Shown here in pieces: positions 30,169 through 38,226 of a stretch of DNA of 64,000 bases. This stretch comes from a virus. Its lineage: Duplodnaviria > Caudoviricetes. The first letter of the stretch is position 1. Each line of letters begins with the position of its first letter. The position numbers were made by a program, and so were the translations under genes. The DNA lies in the IMG/VR virus record IMGVR_UViG_3300035208_002115; one strand, 5' to 3'. Below the pieces are notes generated by a model. It had not been told where the DNA came from, did no database searches, and was given only the letters and a program-made list of their open reading frames with translations.

Positions 30169-30567
30169 ATGAAATACTTGAAAATATATGAGTCATATAG
30201 CAGTAATAAGTCTGAAAATTTTTATGCCAAATTTTGGATAACTGCATTATCGAATGCATTTAATAGTATTGCTGAAGTTGATAAAAGTCAGAAAATAAAA
30301 CCATTATATGGTGGGGGTGATTATATATTTGTCGGATACAAAATACCAATCCCAGATATAGAAAAAATATCTTATATTATAATAGAAGGTGTTCAAATTA
30401 ATGGTGTTATAGTTAATCCGTCAATAATAGTTTTCGATGAACAAAATATGGGAATGAGTCATGGTGCATTGCATACTACATATACATTCAAAAAGTTACA
30501 TAATGAAAATATAATTGAGGTTATAGAAGCAGCTAAAGATTATATAAAAAAATATTCATCAAATTAA
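30169..30567 (+). CDS. putative internal head protein (CTS-like leader)
   Basis: MKYLKIYES; AATATATA at 30144-30151. Confidence 0.65.
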   Translation: MKYLKIYESYSSNKSENFYAKFWITALSNAFNSIAEVDKSQKIKPLYGGGDYIFVGYKIPIPDIEKISYIIIEGVQINGVIVNPSIIVFDEQNMGMSHGALHTTYTFKKLHNENIIEVIEAAKDYIKKYSSN

Positions 30568-30600
30568 ATACATTAAAATTAAAAATTAATATATAATGTT

Positions 30601-30747
30601 ATGACCGATGTACTGATGAATATTAGTGAAGAACATAAAAAAATATTAATAACTAAAATAGAATCAATATTTGAAAATGACCCATTGGTTAGGAAGGCCA
30701 AATTAAAAAAAATATTTAACGAAGATGGCATTAGACTTATCGACTGA
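30601..30747 (+). CDS. minimal C-tag protein (48 aa, not in ORF track)
   Basis: MTDVLMNISEEHKKILITKIESIFENDPLVRKAKLKKIFNEDGIRLID. Confidence 0.6.
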   Translation: MTDVLMNISEEHKKILITKIESIFENDPLVRKAKLKKIFNEDGIRLID

Positions 30748-31210
30748 AAAAAGAGAAATCCTAATATACATAACAGTTATCTTGTGGATAGTGTTTGGTG
30801 TAGCAACAGCATTTTATACTGTTACTTATGCTCAAATGGCTGTATACTTCTTATCTCTAACTGGATTTGTTTCGGCTTACATATGGGGAGAAAGTGTTAG
30901 AAAATCTACATCAACATCAATTTTCTTCAAAGGTAGAACGTCTTCAAGAGAAAAGATGATTTATGTAACTGTATTTTTATGGACTGTATTGGGTGTTACT
31001 GGTTTATTGACAAACGCTGATTTTATAAATCTTTCAGCATACTTTGGGGCTTTAACACCATTTGTGTCTGCTTATATTTTGGGTAAGGCATATATGCCTA
31101 ATGGTGATGAAACACCAGATTCCGAAACACCAAATTCTGGTTCTACTTCAGGTATAGTTGTAACACCAGTTGTTCCGACTGTAAATAAACCAGATAGTGA
31201 ATTAGGTTAA
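30725..31210 (+). CDS. 4-TM membrane protein with internal duplication (holin candidate)
   Basis: Two repeats RE..IY.TV.LW...YF..LT.FVSAYI.G. Confidence 0.7.
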   Translation: MALDLSTEKREILIYITVILWIVFGVATAFYTVTYAQMAVYFLSLTGFVSAYIWGESVRKSTSTSIFFKGRTSSREKMIYVTVFLWTVLGVTGLLTNADFINLSAYFGALTPFVSAYILGKAYMPNGDETPDSETPNSGSTSGIVVTPVVPTVNKPDSELG

Positions 31211-31212
31211 TA

Positions 31213-31407
31213 CTATTCATCCATGAAAACTGACATTGCTTCATAAACAGATTTTCCAGCAATTTCTGTTATAACAACTTGCATGTCTAATGTGAATGTT
31301 TCTCTCCAATTCCAAAATAATAACGAGTAAAACAAACTCACTAAGAATAATACAATAAATAGTATCCACCCCATTATAAATTTTAAAATAAACACAAACA
31401 AAGCCAT
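31213..31407 (-). CDS. small membrane protein
   Basis: Hydrophobic N-terminal half. Confidence 0.55.
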   Translation of the reverse strand: MALFVFILKFIMGWILFIVLFLVSLFYSLLFWNWRETFTLDMQVVITEIAGKSVYEAMSVFMDE

Positions 31408-31408
31408 A

Positions 31409-31801
31409 TTATATTTTTTTTAGTAAAGATATTAATTCTTCGTCTAATATAGTATTATGTTTTTTATATTTTTCATATGGAATATCTACTGAGAATGATT
31501 TATCCAGTCTGAAATCCCAAAGAAATGACTCTCTATTTCCCCAGAAAACAACATTATAAGAACTATCTGAATCCATACGTATTGTGATATCTGTATAATA
31601 TGGCAACCCAATACACGTATCTATTTTAAAACCGTGTTCATTTTTATATATCAAAGATACGTGTTCTATGATATATTTCTTACACTTTTTAGTTGAAATT
31701 TCGGTCGTTAATACCAATGATATTATAAACATTGTAAAACCAGTTAAGGCAGCCAATAAACTAAAAATGTTAAATTTAGATAACTTTTTCATGTTTTTCA
31801 T
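31409..31801 (-). CDS. membrane-anchored hypothetical protein
   Basis: N-terminal TM segment. Confidence 0.6.
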   Translation of the reverse strand: MKNMKKLSKFNIFSLLAALTGFTMFIISLVLTTEISTKKCKKYIIEHVSLIYKNEHGFKIDTCIGLPYYTDITIRMDSDSSYNVVFWGNRESFLWDFRLDKSFSVDIPYEKYKKHNTILDEELISLLKKI

Positions 31802-32228
31802 TTTTCATTTTTATAAATTCATCGTATGATGTATTATCCTTTTCAATATTACATTTGTTACAACACTCAATAAAATTCTTACTATCTGTAATATCGTCAC
31901 ATTTATCTTTTGGAACTTTGTGGTCAACTGTTATAAGTTCATTTCTGTTATCTTGATACAATTTATTTCTAACTTGAATCTTATATATTTTTTTTCCACA
32001 ATAATGGCAAACCCAGTGTCCACCGTGTTCTTTTCTTTTCCTTCTTAAAAAAGTTCTTCGAGCAATAAAATAATATCGCCAATCAACATCATTATAATCG
32101 ATATCAATATTTTTATAATAGTTATTTAATAATAATAGTGAAGAATATGTTCTTGGATTTGAAGGTGAACCTTCAAATATTATATGCCTTATTTTCTGAC
32201 ATTTAGATATTTTTTCTTCTACAATCAT
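31776..32228 (-). CDS. HNH endonuclease
   Basis: CHYCG...TVDHKVPK...N...CCNKCNIEK. Confidence 0.85.
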   Translation of the reverse strand: MIVEEKISKCQKIRHIIFEGSPSNPRTYSSLLLLNNYYKNIDIDYNDVDWRYYFIARRTFLRRKRKEHGGHWVCHYCGKKIYKIQVRNKLYQDNRNELITVDHKVPKDKCDDITDSKNFIECCNKCNIEKDNTSYDEFIKMKNEKHEKVI

Positions 32229-32303
32229 TTAACAAAAATATTAAAATGTATTCAAATAAAAAACTTTTGGTTATAAAAAATATATAATTTAAAATATTAA
32301 TTT

Positions 32304-32705
32304 ATGAAATATATTAAAAGGTTCGATGAGCAACATGTTTTATCAGTTAAAAATCCTTGGGCATTTCTTATAGTATCGGGATTAAAAGATGTAGAAAATA
32401 GAAGTTGGAAAACTAATTACCGAGGAAAATTATTAATACATTCCACACAAACACCTATTAAATTCAATAATTATAATGAATTATTTACGCCAGACCAAAT
32501 AAAAGAATTACAGGATAATAATACAAATTTTAATAATTTATCAAATTCGGCTATTATAGGTGAAGTAGACCTTATAAATTGTATTCAAAATAGTGATTCC
32601 ATATGGGCTGAATATGGTCAATGGCACTGGATAATATCTAATCCAAATATTTATATCAACCCCGTTTTAAATGTAAAAGGTTCTCTTTCAATCTGGAAAT
32701 ATTAA
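32304..32705 (+). CDS. ASCH domain protein with CTS-like leader
   Basis: MKYIKRFDE; LSVKNPWAFLIVSGLKDVENRSW, AIIGEV, KGSLSIW. Confidence 0.88.
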   Translation: MKYIKRFDEQHVLSVKNPWAFLIVSGLKDVENRSWKTNYRGKLLIHSTQTPIKFNNYNELFTPDQIKELQDNNTNFNNLSNSAIIGEVDLINCIQNSDSIWAEYGQWHWIISNPNIYINPVLNVKGSLSIWKY

Positions 32706-32898
32706 TATATAAAAAAACTTATTGCAATGAATAAAGGAATAAAAAAGAAGTATAAAGGCTGAATTCTATAACAAAACGGGTTAAAATAGCTAATAAATTA
32801 ATTGATAAGTTAGATGAAAATGGTGAACCATTTTTTGATAAACAGTGGGTATTAAATAATATAATTCGCACATAAAAATATAAAATATATAATATATA

Positions 32899-33432
32899 AT
32901 GAAAAAATTCACTGAAATAATAAACGAACAATTAACATACGATTATGGGTGTGTTATGATTAATTTCGATATTCCAAATTGGAATGACATAATAAAAGAG
33001 ATTGAAAAAGATGATATTTATGATGAAGATGGGTTTGGTCTCGAAAAAGAATCACATATAACACTACTTTTTGGTTACCCTAAAGAAATAGCTGTAAAAG
33101 ATATAAAAAATATCATCGGTAATTTGGATAGTTTTTATATTGAAATGCAAGAAACGTCATTATTCCAAAATGATAATTATGATGTTCTCAAATTTGATGT
33201 GAATCATGACACACTACATGCATTAAATGACTCATTAAAACAATTACCCAACACTTCCACCTTCCCAGATTATCATCCGCATATGACTATCTCATACATC
33301 AAAAAAGGTAGGGGAATTAAATATATAAAAAAATATGATAATTTGATAGTAGCAAAACCGTTAGAAATTGTGTATAGTTTACCTACTGGAACAAAGGAGA
33401 AAAAACAAGTCACCCTTCTTAAATTTAAATAA
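32899..33432 (+). CDS. 2H phosphoesterase (T4 gp57B/Acb1-like) with CTS-like leader
   Basis: MKKFTEIINE; two HxT motifs, HITLLFG and HPHMTISY. Confidence 0.8.
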   Translation: MKKFTEIINEQLTYDYGCVMINFDIPNWNDIIKEIEKDDIYDEDGFGLEKESHITLLFGYPKEIAVKDIKNIIGNLDSFYIEMQETSLFQNDNYDVLKFDVNHDTLHALNDSLKQLPNTSTFPDYHPHMTISYIKKGRGIKYIKKYDNLIVAKPLEIVYSLPTGTKEKKQVTLLKFK

Positions 33433-33437
33433 AAATA

Positions 33438-33824
33438 ATGTCTTATAAAATAAAAACATATAATCGATATGTAAATGAAGATAATTACATATATCACGGA
33501 ACTGGTAAAGGTCAGGCTTTAAATATTCAACGAGACGGTTTTATGAAACCAAATAATACTGGTGAAGAATTACCATCAATATCATTTACTAATGATTTAG
33601 ATTATGCTAAATATTACGCCAAATCAAAAGGAGGAATAGATAAAATGATAATTTTAAGAACAAAATTAAATAATGATTTTAAACTTTCTCCGAGAATAAG
33701 AAAAAATAAAGGAGATGAATATATTACATTTAATGAAATTCCATCATCTAAATTAGAAATATTGACGGGTTCTGAATGGTGTCTTTTAAATAAATGGAAT
33801 GTGATATTTGATGAACCTTTGTAA
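33438..33824 (+). CDS. CTS-leader protein with ADP-ribosyltransferase-like fold
   Basis: KIKTYNRYVNED; YHGT...I...G...ISFTNDLDYAKYYA...DEY.....IP. Confidence 0.65.
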   Translation: MSYKIKTYNRYVNEDNYIYHGTGKGQALNIQRDGFMKPNNTGEELPSISFTNDLDYAKYYAKSKGGIDKMIILRTKLNNDFKLSPRIRKNKGDEYITFNEIPSSKLEILTGSEWCLLNKWNVIFDEPL

Positions 33825-33848
33825 TGAAATAATTTATACATTTGTGGT

Positions 33849-34016
33849 ATGCCAAATAAGAATAAAATAATAATAACATTTAATCCAGTAGATTCTTCTA
33901 TATATGATTACATGGATAGCTGGAGAAATTATATAAATGATGAAAATAAAAAACGGCTTGAAAAATTAAGAGCTGAAAGAAAAGCTAAAATAAAAGAAAT
34001 TTTTAAAAATATATAA
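33849..34016 (+). CDS. C-tag mini-protein (55 aa, not in ORF track)
   Basis: MPNKNKIIITFNPVD...RAERKAKIKEIFKNI; TACATTTG at 33837-33844. Confidence 0.7.
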   Translation: MPNKNKIIITFNPVDSSIYDYMDSWRNYINDENKKRLEKLRAERKAKIKEIFKNI

Positions 34017-34037
34017 ACCTAAAAGGTTTATGTATTT

Positions 34038-34193
34038 GTGGAAGAAGAATATTTAAAAACATATAATAAAAGAACCAGTAAAATATTTTCTAATTTAAAA
34101 GAATATTATCGTTCAGATGAAAAATCCTTCAAAATAATTATTTTATTAGAACGATATTTAAAGTTAAAAAGTATTTTCAAAAATTTTGATTAA
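34038..34193 (+). CDS. C-tag mini-protein (51 aa, GTG start, not in ORF track)
   Basis: VEEEYLKHII...LLERYLKLKSIFKNFD. Confidence 0.6.
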   Translation: MEEEYLKTYNKRTSKIFSNLKEYYRSDEKSFKIIILLERYLKLKSIFKNFD

Positions 34194-34198
34194 TTTTT

Positions 34199-34363
34199 AT
34201 GCCAGCATTAATAAGACTTTCAGATTTACAATCTGTCCAACCATTATCAAAACCGAGTGGACATTTACATTATATAGATTTTTTTTATGAAACTATATCA
34301 GAAAAAAGGAAGAAGAAATTAAACGAAATATTTCCAGAATTTAAAAATGAAAACAAAAAGTAA
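34199..34363 (+). CDS. major-capsid-fragment mini-protein with C-tag (54 aa, not in ORF track)
   Basis: MPALIRLSDLQSVQPLSKPSGHLHYIDFFYETISEKRKKKLNEIFPEFKNENKK. Confidence 0.7.
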   Translation: MPALIRLSDLQSVQPLSKPSGHLHYIDFFYETISEKRKKKLNEIFPEFKNENKK

Positions 34364-34556
34364 ATCTAAATTACAACAAATAAATAATTCAATTAATACA
34401 ACAGTGTCAATACCAACTGAACATTTTAATGTTACAGTTAGAGCAATTTATCCTTATGATTATCCAGATTTTAATTATTTTAAAAGAAAAGAAAAACGTG
34501 AACAACGATTAAAAAAATTAAGTGGATTATTCCCAGATTTTAAAGAAAATGTTTAG
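34347..34556 (+). CDS. C-tag mini-protein
   Basis: KREQRLKKLSGLFPDF. Confidence 0.7.
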   Translation: MKTKSKSKLQQINNSINTTVSIPTEHFNVTVRAIYPYDYPDFNYFKRKEKREQRLKKLSGLFPDFKENV

Positions 34557-34836
34557 TCACGAATTATATAATTCAGTTATATCACAGATTGGGGACACTC
34601 CGATTGACGGAGGTGTATATTTACCACTTGATACTTTTTCAGATGTTGATTTTAATAGTATAATTTTTCCAGTGGCGATGAAAATTGCTGCTCAAACAAT
34701 AGGTCTGAATTTAATATCAGTTCAGCCTATGGAACATGGGGTTGATTATGAAAAAATAAAACGAGAAAGAGTACGTGAACAACGAAAGAAAAAAATAGAA
34801 GAAATATTTCCTGAAATGAAAAAACATGAAAAGTAA
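34549..34836 (+). CDS. major-capsid-fragment mini-protein with C-tag
   Basis: FPVAMKIAAQTIGLNLISVQPM, then REQRKKKIEEIFPEM; ATG at 34549 preferred. Confidence 0.72.
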   Translation: MFSHELYNSVISQIGDTPIDGGVYLPLDTFSDVDFNSIIFPVAMKIAAQTIGLNLISVQPMEHGVDYEKIKRERVREQRKKKIEEIFPEMKKHEK

Positions 34837-35014
34837 TTTCACTCTTAATATAATACAAAAAGCTATCCGAGATGGATTTACAACTTTAACAATTGATTGT
34901 GAATTAAATTATGACCAACTATGGTTAAAAGTAAAACGGGAAATTATTCAGGAACATAGAAAACAAAAAATAGAAGAACTATTTCCAGATATAAAAAATA
35001 ATAATAAACTATGA
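34826..35014 (+). CDS. C-tag mini-protein
   Basis: QEHRKQKIEELFPDI. Confidence 0.7.
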   Translation: MKSNFTLNIIQKAIRDGFTTLTIDCELNYDQLWLKVKREIIQEHRKQKIEELFPDIKNNNKL

Positions 35015-35289
35015 AAACATTGAGAAAATTAATTATTAAATTCTTCGCTGGTTACTATCAAATCGGTAAAGGAACTATTCCAAGAGCATCAGCCATCATT
35101 TTTCCGTCATTAATGATACCTATAATACTCGAAATAATTTTCGCACCAACCCCAGTGTTGTGGCATTTTATTCCATTTTTCATATTTGTGTTGATAAGTT
35201 TTGGGTATCTACAATTCTATCCAGCTAAACCAGAAGAATTGGATGCAGCTCAGAAAAAACAATATGATGATTTAACAAAAAACAAATAA
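35011..35289 (+). CDS. 2-TM membrane protein
   Basis: Two hydrophobic segments. Confidence 0.65.
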   Translation: MKTLRKLIIKFFAGYYQIGKGTIPRASAIIFPSLMIPIILEIIFAPTPVLWHFIPFFIFVLISFGYLQFYPAKPEELDAAQKKQYDDLTKNK

Positions 35290-35294
35290 TTGAT

Positions 35295-35564
35295 ATGGAA
35301 GCATCGAAAGTTAATTTTATTCAATTGGATACAGAAAAATTGGTATATCTATTAGATTATTTAGGATTTGAAAATTTTCTCAGAGTAGCAGGTAGTCATA
35401 AGAAAATTATGAATGATGACTGTGTTACCGAAATTAAATATTCGGATGGTTATGATATATTAATTGTCAAACCTAATACTATTTCGTTTATTAATGACCC
35501 ATATCCAGAGAAGGTGTTTTTCACGGCTGAAAATTATGCAAAACTTTGGAAAGTTTTTAATTAA
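35295..35564 (+). CDS. hypothetical protein
   Basis: 89 aa ORF. Confidence 0.6.
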   Translation: MEASKVNFIQLDTEKLVYLLDYLGFENFLRVAGSHKKIMNDDCVTEIKYSDGYDILIVKPNTISFINDPYPEKVFFTAENYAKLWKVFN

Positions 35565-35645
35565 TTTTTTAATTATATCAGCAATGTACATTTTTTAATT
35601 AATTTTGGACATACTTATAATTTATGTACAGTTTTAAAATAAATA

Positions 35646-35873
35646 GTGATGTTATCAAATATGACTGGTGAAAAAAAACTGGTAGATAAAATAGCCAATA
35701 TATTATCTATTAGACCATCTGAATATGAACGGGAGTTTATTGACGTTGTAATATACGGTGGAAAAAGTGACCCAAGTGAAAAGGCAAGTGTAATATGTTG
35801 TTTTTTCGAAAAGGATAATGAAGAAAATAGAAAAGCTATATATGATATATTAACCTCACACTGGGAAAAATAA
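35646..35873 (+). CDS. hypothetical protein
   Basis: 75 aa ORF. Confidence 0.6.
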   Translation: MMLSNMTGEKKLVDKIANILSIRPSEYEREFIDVVIYGGKSDPSEKASVICCFFEKDNEENRKAIYDILTSHWEK

Positions 35874-35877
35874 TATT

Positions 35878-36156
35878 ATGAAAAAATTTATCGATTTTAC
35901 AGTAAATTTAGAAGACAAAAGCAAAGACCAAGGACGATTTTTCTGGAAGAAAAGGTGGATTTCGTTTTGCAGTAGACATAAGAAGTATCAAAGATATTGT
36001 GATATTTGTAATTCTGGTAGATGGGAAAATGTGTGGGTTATGTGGTTTAGTGGAAAAGTTTATGATTACTTTCCTAAATTCTGGATATGGTGGGTTAATT
36101 TTCCAAAATATATAATAAATTTCAAAAAAATAAAAGATTTACATGAGAATTTTTAA
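35878..36156 (+). CDS. Trp-rich Zn-binding small protein
   Basis: CSRH....CDIC. Confidence 0.6.
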   Translation: MKKFIDFTVNLEDKSKDQGRFFWKKRWISFCSRHKKYQRYCDICNSGRWENVWVMWFSGKVYDYFPKFWIWWVNFPKYIINFKKIKDLHENF

Positions 36157-36460
36157 ATGCAGACCATTCGGGGATTTTGATGTTGATTTAGACGACCCAA
36201 AGACTTACGAATATCTACCAGATACAACTAAAGAATTAAGACAAATCATGCTTAGTGAAATAGGATATAGTCATTGTTATTTAAACTACTGGCATAAAGA
36301 TGATGGTTTTGGTAATCGTAAAACTAACGGAAACCAAATAAGAAGAATTGAATCTTTAATTAAAAATTTCACTGAAAATGAACGTGATAATTACAATAAT
36401 GTGATGTGGTATAAAGAACAGATATTCTTATTCCAAGATGAAATAGAAAATATGTGTTAA
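36143..36460 (+). CDS. hypothetical protein
   Basis: 105 aa ORF. Confidence 0.65.
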   Translation: MRIFKCRPFGDFDVDLDDPKTYEYLPDTTKELRQIMLSEIGYSHCYLNYWHKDDGFGNRKTNGNQIRRIESLIKNFTENERDNYNNVMWYKEQIFLFQDEIENMC

Positions 36461-36675
36461 TCATGAGAGGTAATATGAGTTTACAAACTAAGATTGAAAA
36501 TAATAAAAACCAATTAATTAAAGAAAACATCACTGAAACTTATATCGATGATAGATATTTTTGTGGAACTTGTGGTAACATAGGCAAATGTCATCCAATA
36601 ACAGGTATGTGTTTCATATGTGGTGATGACAACTGGAAAACCGTTGAAGGTAAAGAAAATGAAATCGGATATTAA
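36454..36675 (+). CDS. Zn-finger small protein
   Basis: CGTC...CHP...CFIC. Confidence 0.6.
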   Translation: MLIMRGNMSLQTKIENNKNQLIKENITETYIDDRYFCGTCGNIGKCHPITGMCFICGDDNWKTVEGKENEIGY

Positions 36676-36687
36676 AACATTATATTC

Positions 36688-36867
36688 ATGAAAGACATTT
36701 ATAAATTAGCCAAGGAAGCCCATATCGAAGAAGAATTCAAAGCATATTCTATTAGATGGGTATGTCAAAAAGGTCACACCAATCACCAAACTATATTATG
36801 GAAAGATTCCACCCAACATGATGTGTGTCTCAAATGTGGTGAGCATTACGAATATAAAGTTGAATAA
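36688..36867 (+). CDS. Zn-ribbon small protein (59 aa, not in ORF track)
   Basis: WVCQKGH...VCLKCG. Confidence 0.65.
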   Translation: MKDIYKLAKEAHIEEEFKAYSIRWVCQKGHTNHQTILWKDSTQHDVCLKCGEHYEYKVE

Positions 36868-36923
36868 TAACGTTCAATAAAATAACGATGTTCAAGTTCG
36901 CTGAACATTCAAATATATTGAAC

Positions 36924-36957
36924 AAAAAACCACAACAAGTAGCGAATTTGTTGTGGT
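36924..36957 (-). terminator. hairpin/terminator-like element in a structured intergenic region
   Basis: ACCACAACAA/TTGTTGTGGT stem, followed by a T run on the minus strand. Confidence 0.55.
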
Positions 36958-37069
36958 GAGCCGAAACGATAACAGTCCTTTTATTACGGCAATATCATAA
37001 ATATAACAATTTCTTGTATTATATATTAATTTTTTTATTATTTTTGATGCACATTTAAAATAAAAAAAA

Positions 37070-37531
37070 ATGAAATTCAATTTAATTAATAAAATAACAT
37101 TGGGAATTCTTATAGCATCGATAGTATTTGTGTTTATATTTTTCCCAATACAATATAAAAATTTAGTACATAAAAACTATCTGAAAATAGAAAAACATAC
37201 AGATACGATATCTATCAATCAGAATACATATGTGTGTTATAAATTAGATGATGGTAAAACCTATCTATTAAACATTGAAGATAAAGAAACTAACAGGATT
37301 CAAATACTTAAAGATGTTTTGTTTGAAACTTATCTTCAAAAAGATGAGATAGAAATAAAAAACATAACCATCAAAAGTGCTATACAAAGAGCCGAAACTA
37401 ACGAAAAGCCCGACCAATTAAATAATGATGATGAATATATTAAATTAAAATATTTAAATATATACAACGAAGCCCAAGCAGATACATTAAGAGCTTTTAT
37501 TGGGAGTCTAAAAAAAGAATTACTAAAATGA
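37070..37531 (+). CDS. membrane-anchored hypothetical protein
   Basis: N-terminal TM; TATTTTTG at 37039-37046 upstream. Confidence 0.7.
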   Translation: MKFNLINKITLGILIASIVFVFIFFPIQYKNLVHKNYLKIEKHTDTISINQNTYVCYKLDDGKTYLLNIEDKETNRIQILKDVLFETYLQKDEIEIKNITIKSAIQRAETNEKPDQLNNDDEYIKLKYLNIYNEAQADTLRAFIGSLKKELLK

Positions 37532-37725
37532 CAAAACGTTGTATAGTTTGTGGTAAGGAACTTGAAGTGTTATATCCAGATGATGGTAACAATAATCGCT
37601 TAATAAAAGATGGGTTAACTGAAATAATTAGTGCATCCTATGGTAGTAAATTTGATGGGGTGATGCTTGAAATAACTATCTGTGATGATTGTATACAAGA
37701 AAAAATAGATAACAAAATCATTTAG
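37528..37725 (+). CDS. Zn-finger small protein
   Basis: CIVCG...YGSKFDG...ICDDC. Confidence 0.65.
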   Translation: MTKRCIVCGKELEVLYPDDGNNNRLIKDGLTEIISASYGSKFDGVMLEITICDDCIQEKIDNKII

Positions 37726-38218
37726 GAATTTTAAAGAAAAAATCATCGTTCTTATCACGCATTTCTTTTTTAAATATATGTTCAATCTTAGCCTTTCGAG
37801 AATACGTTTTAGATTCATGTTCGGTTAGTACTCTGAATGGTGAAGATGTTGTTTCGTGATAAATTCCGTCTATATAAATATCAATTTTTCTATCATCTAT
37901 TTTATTTAAAAAATAGAAAGGTTTAGCTTCATAAAGCGTACCAGCTTTTATTTTATCACCAACATCGACTAAAGCCAATACAGTTTTATATTTAAGTAAG
38001 TCATCACTATCAAAACGATTGAACCGATATCGATTTGGATATGTTTTATATTCTTTATTTTCTAAAGGTGAAAACCATTGCTGCTTAAAATACCCCGATT
38101 TACCAATAAATGATATTTTTTTATTTAAATTATCAATATATGCAACCGTATGTGTAGAGAAATATTCTATTTCTTTATATTTACGAACTAAACACTTGAC
38201 TTTAAATATAAATTCCAT
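37718..38218 (-). CDS. C-tag protein
   Basis: YSRKAKIEHIF near the C-terminus. Confidence 0.7.
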   Translation of the reverse strand: MEFIFKVKCLVRKYKEIEYFSTHTVAYIDNLNKKISFIGKSGYFKQQWFSPLENKEYKTYPNRYRFNRFDSDDLLKYKTVLALVDVGDKIKAGTLYEAKPFYFLNKIDDRKIDIYIDGIYHETTSSPFRVLTEHESKTYSRKAKIEHIFKKEMRDKNDDFFFKIPK

Positions 38219-38226
38219 AATTTTAA

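Noticed and set aside
32739-32755. A-AAA-AAG slippery heptamer as a programmed -1 frameshift
   Set aside because: The -1 frame hits TAA at 32753 almost immediately
36950-36990. Hammerhead ribozyme or c-di-GMP riboswitch suggested by GCCGAAAC
   Set aside because: The required cores (CUGAnGA; GGCAAAC plus second stem) were not found in the right arrangement
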